NCBI RefSeq assembly: GCF_009834535.1 | Contig: NC_045698.1 | Span: forward strand, 3,040,001 to 3,104,000 | DNA from: Camelus ferus | Taxonomy: Eukaryota | DNA: 64,000 nucleotides | Direction of reading: 5' to 3' | Shown: positions 11,925 to 25,199 of the stretch, one piece after another | Numbering within the stretch: position 1 is the first letter of the stretch | How the letters are laid out: each line of letters begins with the position of its first letter | Position numbers and translations under genes: made by a program | The notes under the pieces: generated by a model | The model's input: the letters and a program-made list of their open reading frames with translations, nothing else | Databases searched by the model: none | What the model was told of the DNA's origin: nothing

Positions 11925-12205
11925 AGATGTGGTCTATATATACAATGGAATACTACTCAGCCATAAAAAATGAAATGGTGCCATTTACAGCAATGTAGAT
12001 GGACCTAGAGATGATCATTCTAAGTGAAATAGGTCATACAGAAAAAGACACATGTCATATGGTATCACTTATATGTGTAATCTAAAACACGATACAAATG
12101 AACTTATTGACAAAATGGAAACAGACTCACAGACATAGAAAACAAACTTATAGTTACCAAAGGGGGAAGAGGGATAAATCAGGAGTTTGGGATTAACAGA
12201 TACAA

Positions 12206-12210
<5 letters not shown>
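11925..12210 (+). mobile_element. Second L1 3' fragment in direct tandem, 3'-truncated into (TA)n
   Basis: Restarts at gatgtggtctatatatacaatggaatactactcagccata and repeats the ORF2 end and proximal 3' UTR. Confidence 0.9.

Positions 12211-12239
<29 letters not shown>
12210..12239. repeat. (TA)n microsatellite, about 14 units
   Basis: Read directly from the sequence. Confidence 0.95.
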
Positions 12240-12242
<3 letters not shown>

Positions 12243-15200
12243 GTATGATATCTAGACATGTTCTTGGGTACACGTCCAGTGACTGTAATCTTAACATTTT
12301 CTCGTATGTTGTCCACTTCATGATAAATTCTACATGGGCAACCCTGCAACAGGGCACTTTTGAGTCCTTCTACACAGAGGAAATGAAACCCTCCTTCAAA
12401 CTCATTATGTTACCCTAGGACGTTCTTTCTAAACTAAGAACTTGCATTTAATTACAGTCTATTTGCATGTCACTCTGTTCTGTGAGTGGTTTGTGTGAAA
12501 GCCCCTCAGAATTTCCATCCCACGGAGGGAGGCCCGGCCAGCCTTCCATCTGGACTCCAGCAGAGGCGAGGAGTGCAGGGTGGACGAGGGCAGGGGCCTG
12601 AGCCTGACCCCCAGGGCAGAGCCGCTTCCCATCCACCCATCAGCCAGCCCCAGTCCCCAGCTGGATTCTGCCCCTCCTGAAATCCAGGTATGAGACGCTG
12701 CAGTTCTGAGTAGACATGAGGCAGTTCAGAAAGGAGGCCCGAGAGGCAGCCTGGCTCCCGGAGGAGGGCGGGGTCTCAACACGAACTCCTGAGCCCACGT
12801 GCAGTCACTGAGGCTCCAGCGACGTGGGTGTGGGCTGAGTACATGCTTCAGAGGGAAGCGCAGAGCAGACATGTCCCAGGCAGTCAGCATGGGCTGTCAT
12901 CTTTTTCTTTCTCATAGTTGGAAACACGTAATACAAGAGCAGCCACGTGGCTGTGGCATCCCCTGGTCACTGTTTCCTAGGGCACATGTTCCCCTGCTCG
13001 GTAACACCTAGTGCCTCTGAAATGTCACCGGTGTGTTCCACAGCGTGGTGTCCTCTGATGAAAATTTAGCTCTGATGGGAAAGGGACCCAGTGAAAGGAC
13101 CGGCTGCTTTGATGGAAAACTATTGCACAAGTGTGGTTTATGAAGGAAACAAACTACCCTCTCTACCACAAGACCGTGTTTACCTTCAGACCAAAGAGCC
13201 ATTTCCAGTTAACAGAAGAGCATTCTCCGGGTGCCTGCTCCATGCCTCGCTCAGACTGAATCAGAACAAACGCATCTTTACAAGGGTCTGCTCATCGTCC
13301 TCTGCTCTGATGACTAGAATTCAAATGTAAAGTTTAGACAGCACATTTTCTGCAGGAACCCGATCCCTTCTGCTTTTATTGCAAACCAGGGAGCTGCGGC
13401 CACAAAAGCCTCCTTTCACAGACAGGAAGCGTTTTCACCTGGAAAAATAAACGGACAAAGACAACATTTACATATTGCTGATGATCCAGTGTCCTGGGAG
13501 GAAACCAGATAGGGCCTTTCAGTGAATGGTGCATTTCAAAAGAGGGAAATGCCTGGACGTATGGTCATATATAACTTGTCTGCTTCCTGCCCCGGCTGCT
13601 GTGGCTTTCCCACAGTGTGGTGTCCCTGTGACCACCTGGTTGCCTTCCTCGTCCTGCATCAGCATGAGGGAGCAAGGACCATCTCCCCGCCTGCAGCTCC
13701 TCAAACACCCACCTTGTTCGCGGCGGCTTCACAATTCCTCAAAATGTTGTGTGATGGTTTGTGTTACTGAGCAAACCTCTATGACCCTGGTGACTTCCCT
13801 TGTCTGCTGTGTGAAGAAAAACAAAGTGAAGGGGAAGCAAACACAGTGGAAACTCTCCATTTAAGACAGATCACCCTGAACGGACTTCAGGGGAGCGAAG
13901 CTTGATTATTCTACAAGGGATTGGATCTTTGATAATCATTCTTGTCTTATTTTTTTTTTCCAAACCCAGACCATAGTCTATGAAATTAACCACTCAGGCT
14001 CACAAGAAATAAGATTTGATTTGGCTGAAATTTGGGATTGGGGATGAAGCCAGGGCTCGGTAGGTACAGACGGAGGTGCTCATTGTAAATTTCCCAGGAC
14101 AAATGGAAGGACAGGGCTTTGTCTGCTGACTTCCCCACGCCTTCCTGGTGTTCCAGATAAGGACGACCACTGTTGTGGTGATGCCATGATCCCTTCTGAG
14201 CCCGCCTGGTCTTTCTAAGAGGTTTCTGCAGGATTTCACTCCACAGGATGGGGTGCAGTGAGCTGTCCATGAGGCAGACACTATTTCTGGGGCTCAGCAG
14301 ATCCTCCTTCTGCCAGAACCCCCGCAGGAGGTAGAGCAGGACTTTCCATAGTAAGGACACTAAAAACATCCACGGTCTTCAGTTATTATGTTAATAATAG
14401 TGACTGCTGATTGCCGACAGTAGTAATTGCACGTACTCCTTCGGAAAGTGCTCTTAGATTGAGTGAGTTTCTGTTCTAAGAGGCTTTGATTTGTCTTGGA
14501 GGCGATTCAGAAGCTCAGAGAGGAAAGGATGTCCAAGGCCCTGTAACCCAGCAGGCCCCCTGTTGACCCCACAAAGCCCTGTGCTTTCTCTCCGGCATTT
14601 CAGGTCAGCAGGCTGTGTCGCTCTGGGGACGTCTGTCATCTCCACGGCAGGGAGCAGCCCAGCCTGCAAAGACACACCCCTCCCCCAAGCCTCTGGAAGC
14701 CCTCAGAGCTGACATCAAAAGCGCAGGTTAAACCCACAATACATCTTTCCAAAGTGGCAACAAAAGTTCTCTTTATCCCTTGATCAGTGAGGAGCTCACC
14801 TGTAGGAAATGTTACACCTTTTTATTAACCTGACGAATTGTCTTTTCTGTAGAAACTAGAGACATTCTTGACAGGCCTGCAGCTGGCCGCTACCTCCCAG
14901 GAGTGCCGGGGAGCGCCCTGCGCATGCTCTGTCTCTGCATGCTAGGGACCCCGCCACCCCCCAAGCCCTCGAGCATACTTGATACTCTTGATACTCACCT
15001 GGCTGATTTATCGGAATGAGCAAAAGCTTATGTGTTGGCAGGGTAGTCCGTGACACAGATGTGTGCAGTAAAGCACGTTTGATGTTTTCGAATAAAGACC
15101 TTGCCTTAAATTAGCAAGCTATTGGATTACTCTGACAGGTTGGCAAAACAAGCCATCAGTCAATGGCTGTCACAAGCCCTCTGGAAGCATCGTGCTGGGG

Positions 15201-17882
15201 TCGGGCCAAGAGGCGCCCCAAAATGCGGGGGAGGGGCGGCAGTGAGAAAAAATACGAACAGTCACGGCTGTGTCTTCGGTGCTTCCTCTTAAAGATATCC
15301 TTGAAACCGGCACTCACTTCATTTTAAAGAACCTGTTGAAAACAGATATTTTCTTCTTAATCTGCTGTCAACCAGTACAAAGTAGTTTGCTTCCCTCTGT
15401 CCCTTCTTACCTCCTTCCTTTCTGGAAATCCTGAGTCTTGAAAACTTTCCAAAGAGCAACGATCTCCCATCGTGGGTGATAATCATTGCCCTTTTTTGTC
15501 TAAAAGAAAACTCACTTCGTTAACCAATCCACTTGTGCATGTTGTTGTTGTACGTTCAGTTCAACAGTGGGAGTTTTGACCAGGCCCTAGCATCTTGAAG
15601 TTGATCTGGATTCTCCTTTTTAATCGGAAAGTCATTAGAGCAATAATTAATATATTTGACGGGTCTAAATGCTTATCAATAGCATACAACCGTTTGGCTG
15701 CACTTTTGTAGACTCTTTCCTCATCGCTGTTTCATTCCTAGTATGTCCTATTACATTACTTTTGAGCTTAACTGGTAGGTAAAGTTATTTGTTGATGGCA
15801 ACAGAAAAGAAAAATGGAATCATTGTCAGGTACCTGGAGGGCATTGCCTTCCATATTTTTAGGTCTCTGTAGAACCGTCTCTCTGCACCGGTATGGCTGC
15901 AAGTTTTACTGTCCTGTCACAGCGGGATGCTGGGTACAGAGTGGGGCAGAGGACACATCTACTGAATGGATGGACGCCTACAACTGAAGCAGACCAACAG
16001 GCAGCCAACCACAGTGACACAGGCTGATGTCCACACAACCTAAGAATAACTGGGGGAGGCTGCTTCCAGCCGAGTGCTAGGGGAATGCCCCCCAACTCAA
16101 AAAGGAGATGCTTTTCCAGATCTCAGTATCTCGGGAGACTAGATGGCTGGGAAGGAGAGAGGCATTCGGGCAAGGATCAGCCCCCTTCACGAGCCCATGA
16201 TCACCTTGCGTGGATTTCTCAGGGAGCCAGAAACTTCTCCACCAGCCTCGGAGATGAGCAGGTTCTCTGCCACCTGTGTTTCCAGGGGGCTCTTAACAGC
16301 ACGTGGGGGAACAGCAGCCAGTCTGGTGGTCAGAGCACTATTCCAGTGACATCCAGGGCTTTTCCCAGTAGAAACCAGAGAGGTAGAAAAGGCTCATTCA
16401 CACATTTGGTGGACGAGCTATTTCTAACAGAGTGAAATAGTTACTTTTGGTAGTTTTTAAATTCAGGCATTTAAATTACTACAATAAGTCCATTTGATGA
16501 TCCAATCAGGGTCCATTTTCTGGTAAAATTCATCATTTCAGGAAGTTTCATCACATAGAAGCTCCTTAAAAACTTCAAATAATTATCCAGTCGCCCTCCA
16601 CCCCCTGCCCCACATAACATCAGCATGGTTAATCCCAAAATAGGTGATTAAGTTAAAATAACAACTTAAAACACTGAAACAACTCAAGAGATGCACCAGC
16701 ATCCATGAGGCCCTTTGTCCGTAAGTTTCAGCCAAGTGTCCCTGTGTTCTGGCCCAAACCAGCTCTAGAGTCAACTGTCCCATCCTGGGGCCCCAGACCA
16801 GCCTGGCCCTCCACCAGCATCCAGGTTACCTACTAGCTAGTGAGTAATGAAGGTCGCCCTTCACCCTCCAGCTTCTGTCAGTCATTCTCCAGGGAAGTCT
16901 TTCCACCCTCAGTCACCAAGTGTTGTCCTGTATTGCTAGATTGCCCTGTACTCTTCCTGCCTGGAATTGTCTTCCTGGATGATGCAGGGGTGGGGTGGGC
17001 CAGTTCCCAAAAGCAATAGAAGGCACCCAGGATGCCAGGCAGGAAACCACATGGCCTACCTGTTGAATTGAACACACCTGTGAGGCTGCCAGGGAGCAAA
17101 TGGGTGGGAGAGGAACCCTCCCACAGGGTCGGGAGGCCCTGCCTGAGCCCTGGTGGGCACTCCAGGAGGATACGGCAGCATGCGGTGCTAGGTTTGGCAG
17201 GCGAGACAGAGAAACCAAAATCAGGAGCACGAGGCCTTGGAAGGCAGAGACAGAAAGAGTTTGGTCCTGGAAGTGGGGCATCGTGCATGGCCCTAAACGT
17301 CCTGGCAGTCACAGTGGACAGACGCGGTGCCCCTCACTGACGAGGGAGCCCTGGAGGAGGTACCGAGGTCAGCGATTCTAGTCCGGAGTCCATGGCCTTC
17401 TCCCACAGCTGAGCCGCCCCTTTCTGGCTGAGTTACAAGGGAGCGCTCGTAATGTTTTCTGCAGAAGAGAAACAGACTTCTATTTTAAGAGCTCACACTA
17501 CTCTTTTACTGTTTTATCATCCAGACTCGCATACTGAGGCGGTTACAGTGTAGACATGCAGGAAATGAGTCGGCAGGAGAGGGGAGTCTTCACAGCACCC
17601 TCAGCTCTTGAGGACACCGCCATTTTGCACATTCAGCTGCTGCTGGGATGGGAGCCCAGGTCTATGCACTGGCTTTTGGGTGTTTGGTCTCCTGGGTTCA
17701 GGAGAGAGATCTGAGAGGGGAGAAGCAGGGAGGTGGGAAGAAAGGAAGGGGGGCTTAACCAGCAAGGTGACATAATAAAGCAGAGAGAGCAGGGGAAAAT
17801 CAAGACTAAGCTGGTAAGAGAGTTATATTTTGATGTTTTAGTCTGAGGAGAGGGTCCTGTTGTGTGGGAGAAAGTTGAACAT

Positions 17883-18230
17883 TGTATCAGTCAGGACTGG
17901 TAGAAGCATGCTGTGGTGACAACAATCCCCAAAGCACCACCACAGCAGAGTCTCAGTGGCAGACACCATCCAGGTCGATTCTTCACAGATGCCTTCACCA
18001 GCCTGGGGCTCTTCTCTGTTGCGCTGTTCACCTTCCAGGTTGCAGACTGACAGCAGCTGCCCAGGGAGCCTTGCCTGTCCCCTGGGGGAGAGCAGAGGGA
18101 GCCTGTGGGATCCTGTGTGGATCTGAGTGCTCCCGCCTGGAAGTGACTCAGGCCACTTGGCTCACATCTGATTGGCCACTGCAAGTCACAAGAACACCTC
18201 TGAGTTCAGTGGAATCAGATAGCTAACAAC
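17883..18230 (-). mobile_element. Old MaLR LTR (MLT1I/J/K-like)
   Basis: tgtatcagtcagg...atgctgtggtgacaacaatccccaaa; cctggaagtgactcaggccacttggctcacatctgattggcc...gcaagtcaca. Confidence 0.75.
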
Positions 18231-18235
18231 TTAAC

Positions 18236-18445
18236 TTTTTTACTCTTTTTCACTCTGGTTTTATTGCGCTATCACCGACCTCCAGCACTGTATAAAGTTT
18301 AAGGTGTGCAGCAGAATGGTTTGACTTACATACATCGTGACATGATCATCACAGTAAACTTAGTTACCATCCATCATCTCAAATAGCTACCGGAAGAAAA
18401 AGAAAATTTTCCTTGTGATGAGAAGTGTTAGGATTCACTCTCAGA
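18236..18445 (-). mobile_element. L1 3' end fragment (L1MA-derived type)
   Basis: ttttattg...gtataaagtttaaggtgtgcagcagaatggtttgacttacatac...ccatccatcatctca...ccttgtgatgagaa. Confidence 0.8.
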
Positions 18446-19294
18446 GATTTTAAAACCATGCTCCTGTCCCTGGGTAGAGGCCTGGTTGGGAGGAGCTCCA
18501 GCCCCCAGGACTGAATGACTGGGAGCATGAAGACAGACTCTACCTGGGTCACTTTTCAGGGAGGAAGCCAGGGGAAGTGGCCCCTAAGTGACTTTTTCAT
18601 TTTAATGCATTTCAATTTATAAGAGTTCCTCAGAAATTCTTATGTTTTCATGGATCAATTTCCATGTCAAACTTTTACTCATGAGTATAGCTTGCATCAA
18701 AAAGATTGCTGGAAAAAGAATAGCTTTATTAAAATCCTTGCTTCCTGCTGGGGCCTGGGGGCACACCACCACCCAGACACAGCTGCCCTCACCACTGGGG
18801 CCAAGCTTGAAGCTCAGGTCAGTCTCCCTCTCTGCTCAGCAGCAGGCCCTGTAGCTGCAGCCTCTCCCTGGGCAGCAGGGAGCCTGTGGGAGCCGTGGGC
18901 TGCTGGGACTGCAGGCTCCGAGCCGCAGGTCCAGGAGGGATGGGAGCAAAGGATGCTTCCAGCCTCCACTCCAGATGGCGGGCAAGGCGCATGAAGGCAC
19001 AGAGCTCGATGCACATGTGACGCTGTGTCCATGTGGACCAGAGGGCGGAGGCCATAGGTCAAAGTGCTTGTTCAAGAGGCACCTCCAAAAAGGAGGTGAG
19101 TTGCTTCTGAAAATAGGAAAAAGAAACTGATGTAAGACATTAGGAGGGAAGAAAGGGAGAAAGAAGTGAAGTTCCCACCTGTCCTTCCAGAACCATCAAA
19201 ACAAAGAACTTTCTTTTGGGTGACTTGCTTTGTAACCTCTTTATGAAACAGGATTCAGAAGCAGAGAGGACCAGCCTGGTCTCATTGCAGGAAC

Positions 19295-19483
19295 TTTTTT
19301 TTTTTTTTTTGATTGAAATACAGTCAGTTTACAATGTTGTGTCAATTCCTGGTGTACAGCATAATGCTCCAGTCATACGTACATGTACATATATTCCTTT
19401 TCATACTCTTTTCCATTATAGGTGACTACAAGATAGTGAATACAGTTCCCTGTGCTCTATAGTAGGACCTTGTTGTTTGCCCA
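19295..19483 (-). mobile_element. L1 3' end fragment
   Basis: Poly-T then gattgaaatacagtcagtttacaatgttgtgtcaattcctggtgtacagc...gttccctgtgctctatagtaggaccttgttgttt. Confidence 0.92.
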
Positions 19484-19791
19484 TTGACCTCATCAGTAAT
19501 TCCTGGAGGTCACCAGAATCAATTACCCGGCTTTAGGTCTGAAGGGAGATGCACGGACAGGGCCTCTCAGCTGAGATCACCTGCGATCACTCTGGGCAAT
19601 CCCAGTCCAGGTACAGTCCCCTCAAAGCCCCCAGGTGGGGGAGGTGCATTCAGTGGATTTGCAGCTGCTGAGAACCCGCCTTCCCATGGGAGCTCTAAGG
19701 TCACACCTCCCCTGTCTGACTTTCTAAGAGTCTCTCAGAGCTTGAACCACCCACCCTGCAGGGCAATATCCCTGTGACCCTCCCGCAGGCC

Positions 19792-20119
19792 TGCTATGGA
19801 TCTGACTGTCTTCTCTTCCCAAAATTCCTATGTTGAAGCCTAATCCCCCCATGACGATCTCCGGAGGTGGGGCCTTTGGGAGGTGAGGCCATGGGGGTGG
19901 GGCCCCTGCATGGGATTAGTGTGCTGATGGCAAGAGGAAGCGGGACCAGAGCCCTCTCTCTCTCCCAGCCATGCAAGCTCACAGCCAGGGGCCAGGAACC
20001 TTGTGCTTACCAGACACCGGAATCAGCCCAAATCTTGATCTTGGACTCCTCGGCTTTCGGAACTGTGTGAAATGAATGTCTGCTCCGTGGTATTTTGCTG
20101 TAGCAGCTCAAGCTTCTAA
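19792..20119 (+). mobile_element. MaLR solo LTR (MLT1A-like)
   Basis: tgctatgga...cccaaaattcctatgttgaagcctaatcccc...ggaggtggggcctttgggaggtga...cttgatcttggact...gtggtattttgctgtagcagc. Confidence 0.9.
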
Positions 20120-21499
20120 TTTCTGGTGATTTATCATTCAAATATATCCTTAAAAGCAAATGTATAAAGCTTTGTCACTTTGTAACTTTAAAACAAACTG
20201 CACAGCCATGAGTATGTGGAGGTCTTATTAAGCTGGTGCCAAGCTGACTTCCTCCTAGCGAGAGAGCTTCATGCCTAATGTCTGGGTTGGAATTAAATGC
20301 AGAAGAAAGTTGTTCTTTTCTGGGCACAAGGAATCTCAGCAGATCCAGCATTGTTATGACAAAGCCCACAGTTTAATTTCATCTTTTATCCCTGCCAGAA
20401 GTATTTTGTTTCATTTTGATTTGGCGAATAACAATGGTTTAGAAACTCATTTATCTCACAACTTAGCTGGGATAAGAATACTTGGAAACACGAAGGGTAA
20501 TTCCACTTCAAATAAACCATGATAACTGGCTCACCAGCTCCTGCCAGAGCCCTGGTGGGTGAATGAGGCCACCTTGTACTCCAGGGACTTCACCCATCCC
20601 CAGGGCCATTACAGAGGAGATGTTCTGCCTCCATGTCCAGAGGCATCAAGCTCAGGTGGAGATGCACACACGGTATAGATTCTGCTGGAAAGCCACCTGC
20701 TCCGGCAGAACTCACTGGGGTCACAGCCCCAGGAAAGCAGACCTCACAGGCTGCCTCTGCCTGGGGAAGCTGAACGGAGTGAAGGCGTGAAAATGAGGCC
20801 AGAGACAGTTCCACCTGCCCTCCAGAGAGACGGCTCTCAGCGTAAATGCACTGAGAGGACTGCTCCTGCCCCAAAGGCAGCCCAGGAAGCAGGTGCCCGA
20901 ATCAGATACAGAGACCCCCCACCATGTGCAATGCAAAGAAACATGAGAAGGCAAATCAAGCAGAGGTGTGCTTCCCTTCTGAAATTGCTCATAATTAAAA
21001 AAAAAATCTTTGTTTCATGCCTATGTTGTTTGTGTTGGAATGAAATACAAGTCCATATCAAAATTTAGCACAAAATGATAGACCTATTTATTTCAAGTTT
21101 AGTAGAAGGATTATGTAGAATTTTGGAACTAAACTAGTTGGAGAACCACTTGAAAGGGTGCAGTGACAACAGGCCGATTAGACAGGAAATTCTTGTAGCC
21201 TTCAAAGGGGAGGAGATGAGAACAGAGACTAAGGAGGTTTGAGAAAGAAAATGCAGGAAATACTGCCCAGAAAGAGTGCACGGGGCTTTCCAATCCGAAG
21301 GATGTGGAAGATGAAGGAAGGACAGTGGGAAGCGGGACAAGACGAAGAGGTGGCAGGCTGATTTCAGGGGGCAGAATGAGAAAAGGTGTCCTTTTTTGGA
21401 ACTGATCACGCATTTCACTGTAAGCTTTCATTTTAACAACTTCTAGCTGGACAGATTCCTCTCCTGTGCTTCATTGCAAGGCTTCTGTGAACCCTGATG

Positions 21500-21730
21500 G
21501 CAATAAAAGTAACATCAACATTTGCACAATGGCATTCTGGAATTTTAACACTGAAGTTATTTTCTTTCTTGATCCTTCAAATAATGTCGTATGTATATGT
21601 CAATATTATTCCATTTTTATGGATGAGGAAGTTGAGAAGTAAGGGGAAAAAGTTATAGACCCTTACTCATGCAAAGAAGATGTGCTAAAACTGGCCTCAG
21701 AGCCACGGTTCCTAGCTCCCAACCAAGTAA
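21500..21730 (-). mobile_element. MIR SINE
   Basis: Antisense core tattattccatttttatggatgaggaagttgag. Confidence 0.7.
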
Positions 21731-23289
21731 AGGCACTGTTCGCAAAAGATGCATAAATTATGGGTGTGAGGGGCTCGGATCCACAGAGCCTGGCCAGAGA
21801 ACCTGAGAAGTTTATCATTAGCCATGTGTTGCTAAGGAAATGGTAAAGCTCTTCTAAAGAAATCAGGACTAATGAAGATCCTGAGTTGCTTCCCTTTGAT
21901 TTTTCTCTTATGAGTTTTTTTTCCCACTTTTCCTACATTTGACCCACTTCTGTCTTAACACATCTTTTTTAAATTACAGATGTGTAATTAAGTGGTCTCA
22001 TTCTTGACACTTTTGGGGAAATCTTGAAGTAGCACGTTAATTCCTGAAAAGAGACATGCAAGAAACTCTCGAAACCCGGCATATTTGGGTGCCACCCCCG
22101 TCAAATTGATTCCCCAAACACGCACACACATATACCAATTAGCAGTTTCCCAATTGAAGTGTGCTATTGGAAATTCTAAACACACGCCTGATTGTTAAAA
22201 AGCTTACTGAACATCTTCCCTCCCACAATTCAAATATCATTCAAACCAGTGATGAAAGCTAAGAACTGTTCCCAATAAATAGCTCCCATCACAAACCACC
22301 GTCCAGTTACCAAACTGTCTGTGCTTCCTGCCACTGCCGGACCACGCGGCTCACTGGACAATGAGAGTCATTCAGATTCCAGCAGCAGGATCTCGCCTCT
22401 CTCTTCCCAATTAACACTAACAACTGGCTGGCCACAGGCGATTCTCAGAGTGCTTTGCCTGACTTAATTTCGCTTTTAGCACTCAGTGCCAGGAATACAT
22501 AGAAAATTATCTACTAATTATCTAGCATTATCTGTGTTGGTTCATGTTTAAAAGCAGCCCATCTAATTACAAGCCCCTATGCTATTTGCCTCTAAAGTGT
22601 GGGTTTAACAGAATTTCTCCAAAAGGGTTTGCATTAAAGGCTGGTAATTATGCGCTTCCATTCTTCGGAGGCTGTTCTCTCAGGAATCAACAACAAACAG
22701 AGTTGCTCCGAGGATGCCCTCACAGTCGGGGGGCTGTAAGCAGTAATTACAACTTGGCATTTCCAGCGACTCCTTCCACCAGGCAGTGAGTAGACCATGT
22801 GCTAACCCAGCCCCGACATTCTCCAGAGAACTGAACTCTCTCACCGCCTCCAGAAACTCATGGAATCTTCTACTCCGCTGTCGTGGGAATAGCCAGTTCC
22901 CTCCCAGCAGGTGTTTCTTGACCAGATTTAGAGTCAAAGAAATAACATTCGATTTTACAGCAGGTTGGTATCTGACCCTACCCTGTATTTTACTGAGAAC
23001 ATGGAGAATGGTTAAAATGTCAGTGATGAGGTTATATCGAATGGATGGGCCACTTCCTCCATTGAGTACAAGCAAGTAAAAATAGTACCTCATCACGTCT
23101 AACATGCGAGAAAATTCTGACAGGGCAGCTAATCTAAGAAAGTAGTTTAAATTACTAGGAAGACAGTGCCATGATTATTATTTTTTTTAATGTAATATAA
23201 TTTAAAACCTCAAGAAAATTTAGAAGTATGATTCAAATAATTGTTCTTGAAACATTTGAAAAGAACTTACTAATCCCATGTTCCATCAT

Positions 23290-24320
23290 GTGTGACTATT
23301 TAATTATGCGCTTTCTATCAAAAAGGGACCCTCTCCTATTGGTGGGATATACAGCCATCAAAATCAGGAAACCAACCATAAGATGCTACTGCCCTCTGAT
23401 CCTCCAATCATTTTTATATTTCATGGATTGTCTCCATATATATATATATTTAACATAAGGGTGGGTCCATTTCAGAAAGCTGTGCTGCGTTTGACTGGCA
23501 TGTGTCAGTCTTTCCATGATTATAATGAACTGACGCTTGCTGGGGTTTCAGGCCATTTGTTTTGTAGACTGGTACCCAGTTTGGGTTTGTCCAAAGTGGT
23601 TTGAAACCATACACATACCCCCTCCTTCGTTAAATGCCTTATTTAAGTACATCTCTGTGTGCTCATGGTTTCCCATTGTACAGTGTCGTTGTATCCTGCT
23701 GTCATTATGTGTTTTGATGCTGAAGTCGGGTGAGTGGCCCCTGGTCTTTTATGCACATAATCTTCTTGAGCACGTCCCTGCTTTTTGCTACAAGGTATTC
23801 TAGGCTCATCTGTGTATCCTCTGCTCCAAACCCAGAACCAGCCATTTCTCGAAAGTTCTTCTTAGCGGAAAATGGCGTTTAGAAGTTGAGGTCTAGGCAT
23901 TTGATCCGTTCCACTGCTGTTAGCACCTTGCTCCTCCCAGCTCATCTCAGTGCACAGAGCTGCGGAATGTGCAGATGGACACGCGCATACACTTGCACGC
24001 GCACAAATGCATTCACACCATCTACGTCTACGTCTCTGTTTCTTGGAATCCGTAGCATCACCAATTCCAGTAGAATGCTCAGGTTCATCCTGGTCTCTTC
24101 CTATTTTAATTCCCTCACCTGATGGTGAGAAGGCGGGCTGCGAGTCTCCTTAGTGCGTTTACATATTTGATGAATCTCCCACATGAATCCAGCCTCCCAG
24201 CTCTGCTGACGCCGTCACTGGCCCATGAAGATGCTCTTCTCTCCTGTCTGGTGTCTGACTCCCCCCGCTCATGGCTGCCTCCTGGTGTTGGCACCTTCGA
24301 CACCTCTCTTCAGATACGCC
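23290..24320 (-). mobile_element. Old L1 3' region (L1MC/MD/ME-like)
   Basis: tattctaggctcatctgtgtatcctctgctccaaacccagaaccagccatttctc...aaaatggcgtttagaa is the antisense L1MC/MD 3' UTR motif. Confidence 0.65.
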
Positions 24321-24611
24321 AAGCTAGGCCGGCAGCACCTTGCACAGATGTTCACAGCTTCCTGCCTGCTCTTCCCACATCATGAGGGCTCTAGGCAGAA
24401 CTATTTGCGAAGCACAGAGAAGGGCAGAGAGGGAGAGAGGAAGAGTAGGAGGAAGGGGAAGAGCACCCACCACGTCTGAAGGTGGAGTTCTGGGTGATGG
24501 GGTTTTATATGGGGTCCTGTAAAAGGAAGCAAAGTGCAAATGGTGCTGTTGAGCACGGCATGCCCATGGGATGGTCCTTCCACATCACTGCCTCACCCTA
24601 GAGTTATAGTT

Positions 24612-24835
24612 ATTTTGATGTTTTTCAAAAGTCCTTTTTAAAGAGCAGTTTAAGGTTTACAGAAAAATTCAAAGTCCCTAGTTTACATTAGGGTTCAGTG
24701 ACTGTTGTATGTTCTATGAATTTGGAACAATGCATAATGACAGGTGTCAATCATGAGATTATTCTACAGAGTATTTTCAATGCCCTAAAAATCCTTTGTG
24801 CTTCACCTGTTCATCTCCCTTCCCCCACCTCTGAT
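24612..24835 (-). mobile_element. L1MC1/2-like 3' end fragment
   Basis: agagcagtttaaggtttacagaaaaatt; tagtttacattagggttca; caatgccctaaaaatcctttgtgct. Confidence 0.8.
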
Positions 24836-25199
24836 TATTGATTTTTAACTGATGGCACATGCGTACAAGGTATTACTACCATTAGTGTTCGTAGTTGTAG
24901 CGGTAGTAGTGTTGGTGACGGTGAAGTAAATCACAGGTCTTTGGAAGATCTCCCTTCCCACAGGACAGAAAGAAGCTACAATTCCTCGGTACAGAAGTTG
25001 TTGCCAAATTAAGAGTGGACAGAGCAGACTGGGGAAGTTCAGAGCCCTTACACTGAGAGCCTTATTATGAAACTGGGCACATTGAATTGGACTTGCTGGT
25101 TCCATCTGTGTCATGGGGACAACCCCTGTGGCTACAGCTTCTGGCCCAGCTGCTGCTATATGTTCTCACCTGTCCTGTCTTCAGACCTCCGGACTCAGA

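Noticed and set aside
16560..17070. Possible old LTR remnant (also 56420-56900 and an MLT2-like piece near 46900-46950)
   Set aside because: Too degraded to assign a family or boundaries by eye.
22680..23105. 141-aa minus-strand ORF (and 97-aa plus-strand ORF)
   Set aside because: Non-ATG start, no known domain and no clear splice boundaries. The length is compatible with chance in 64 kb.
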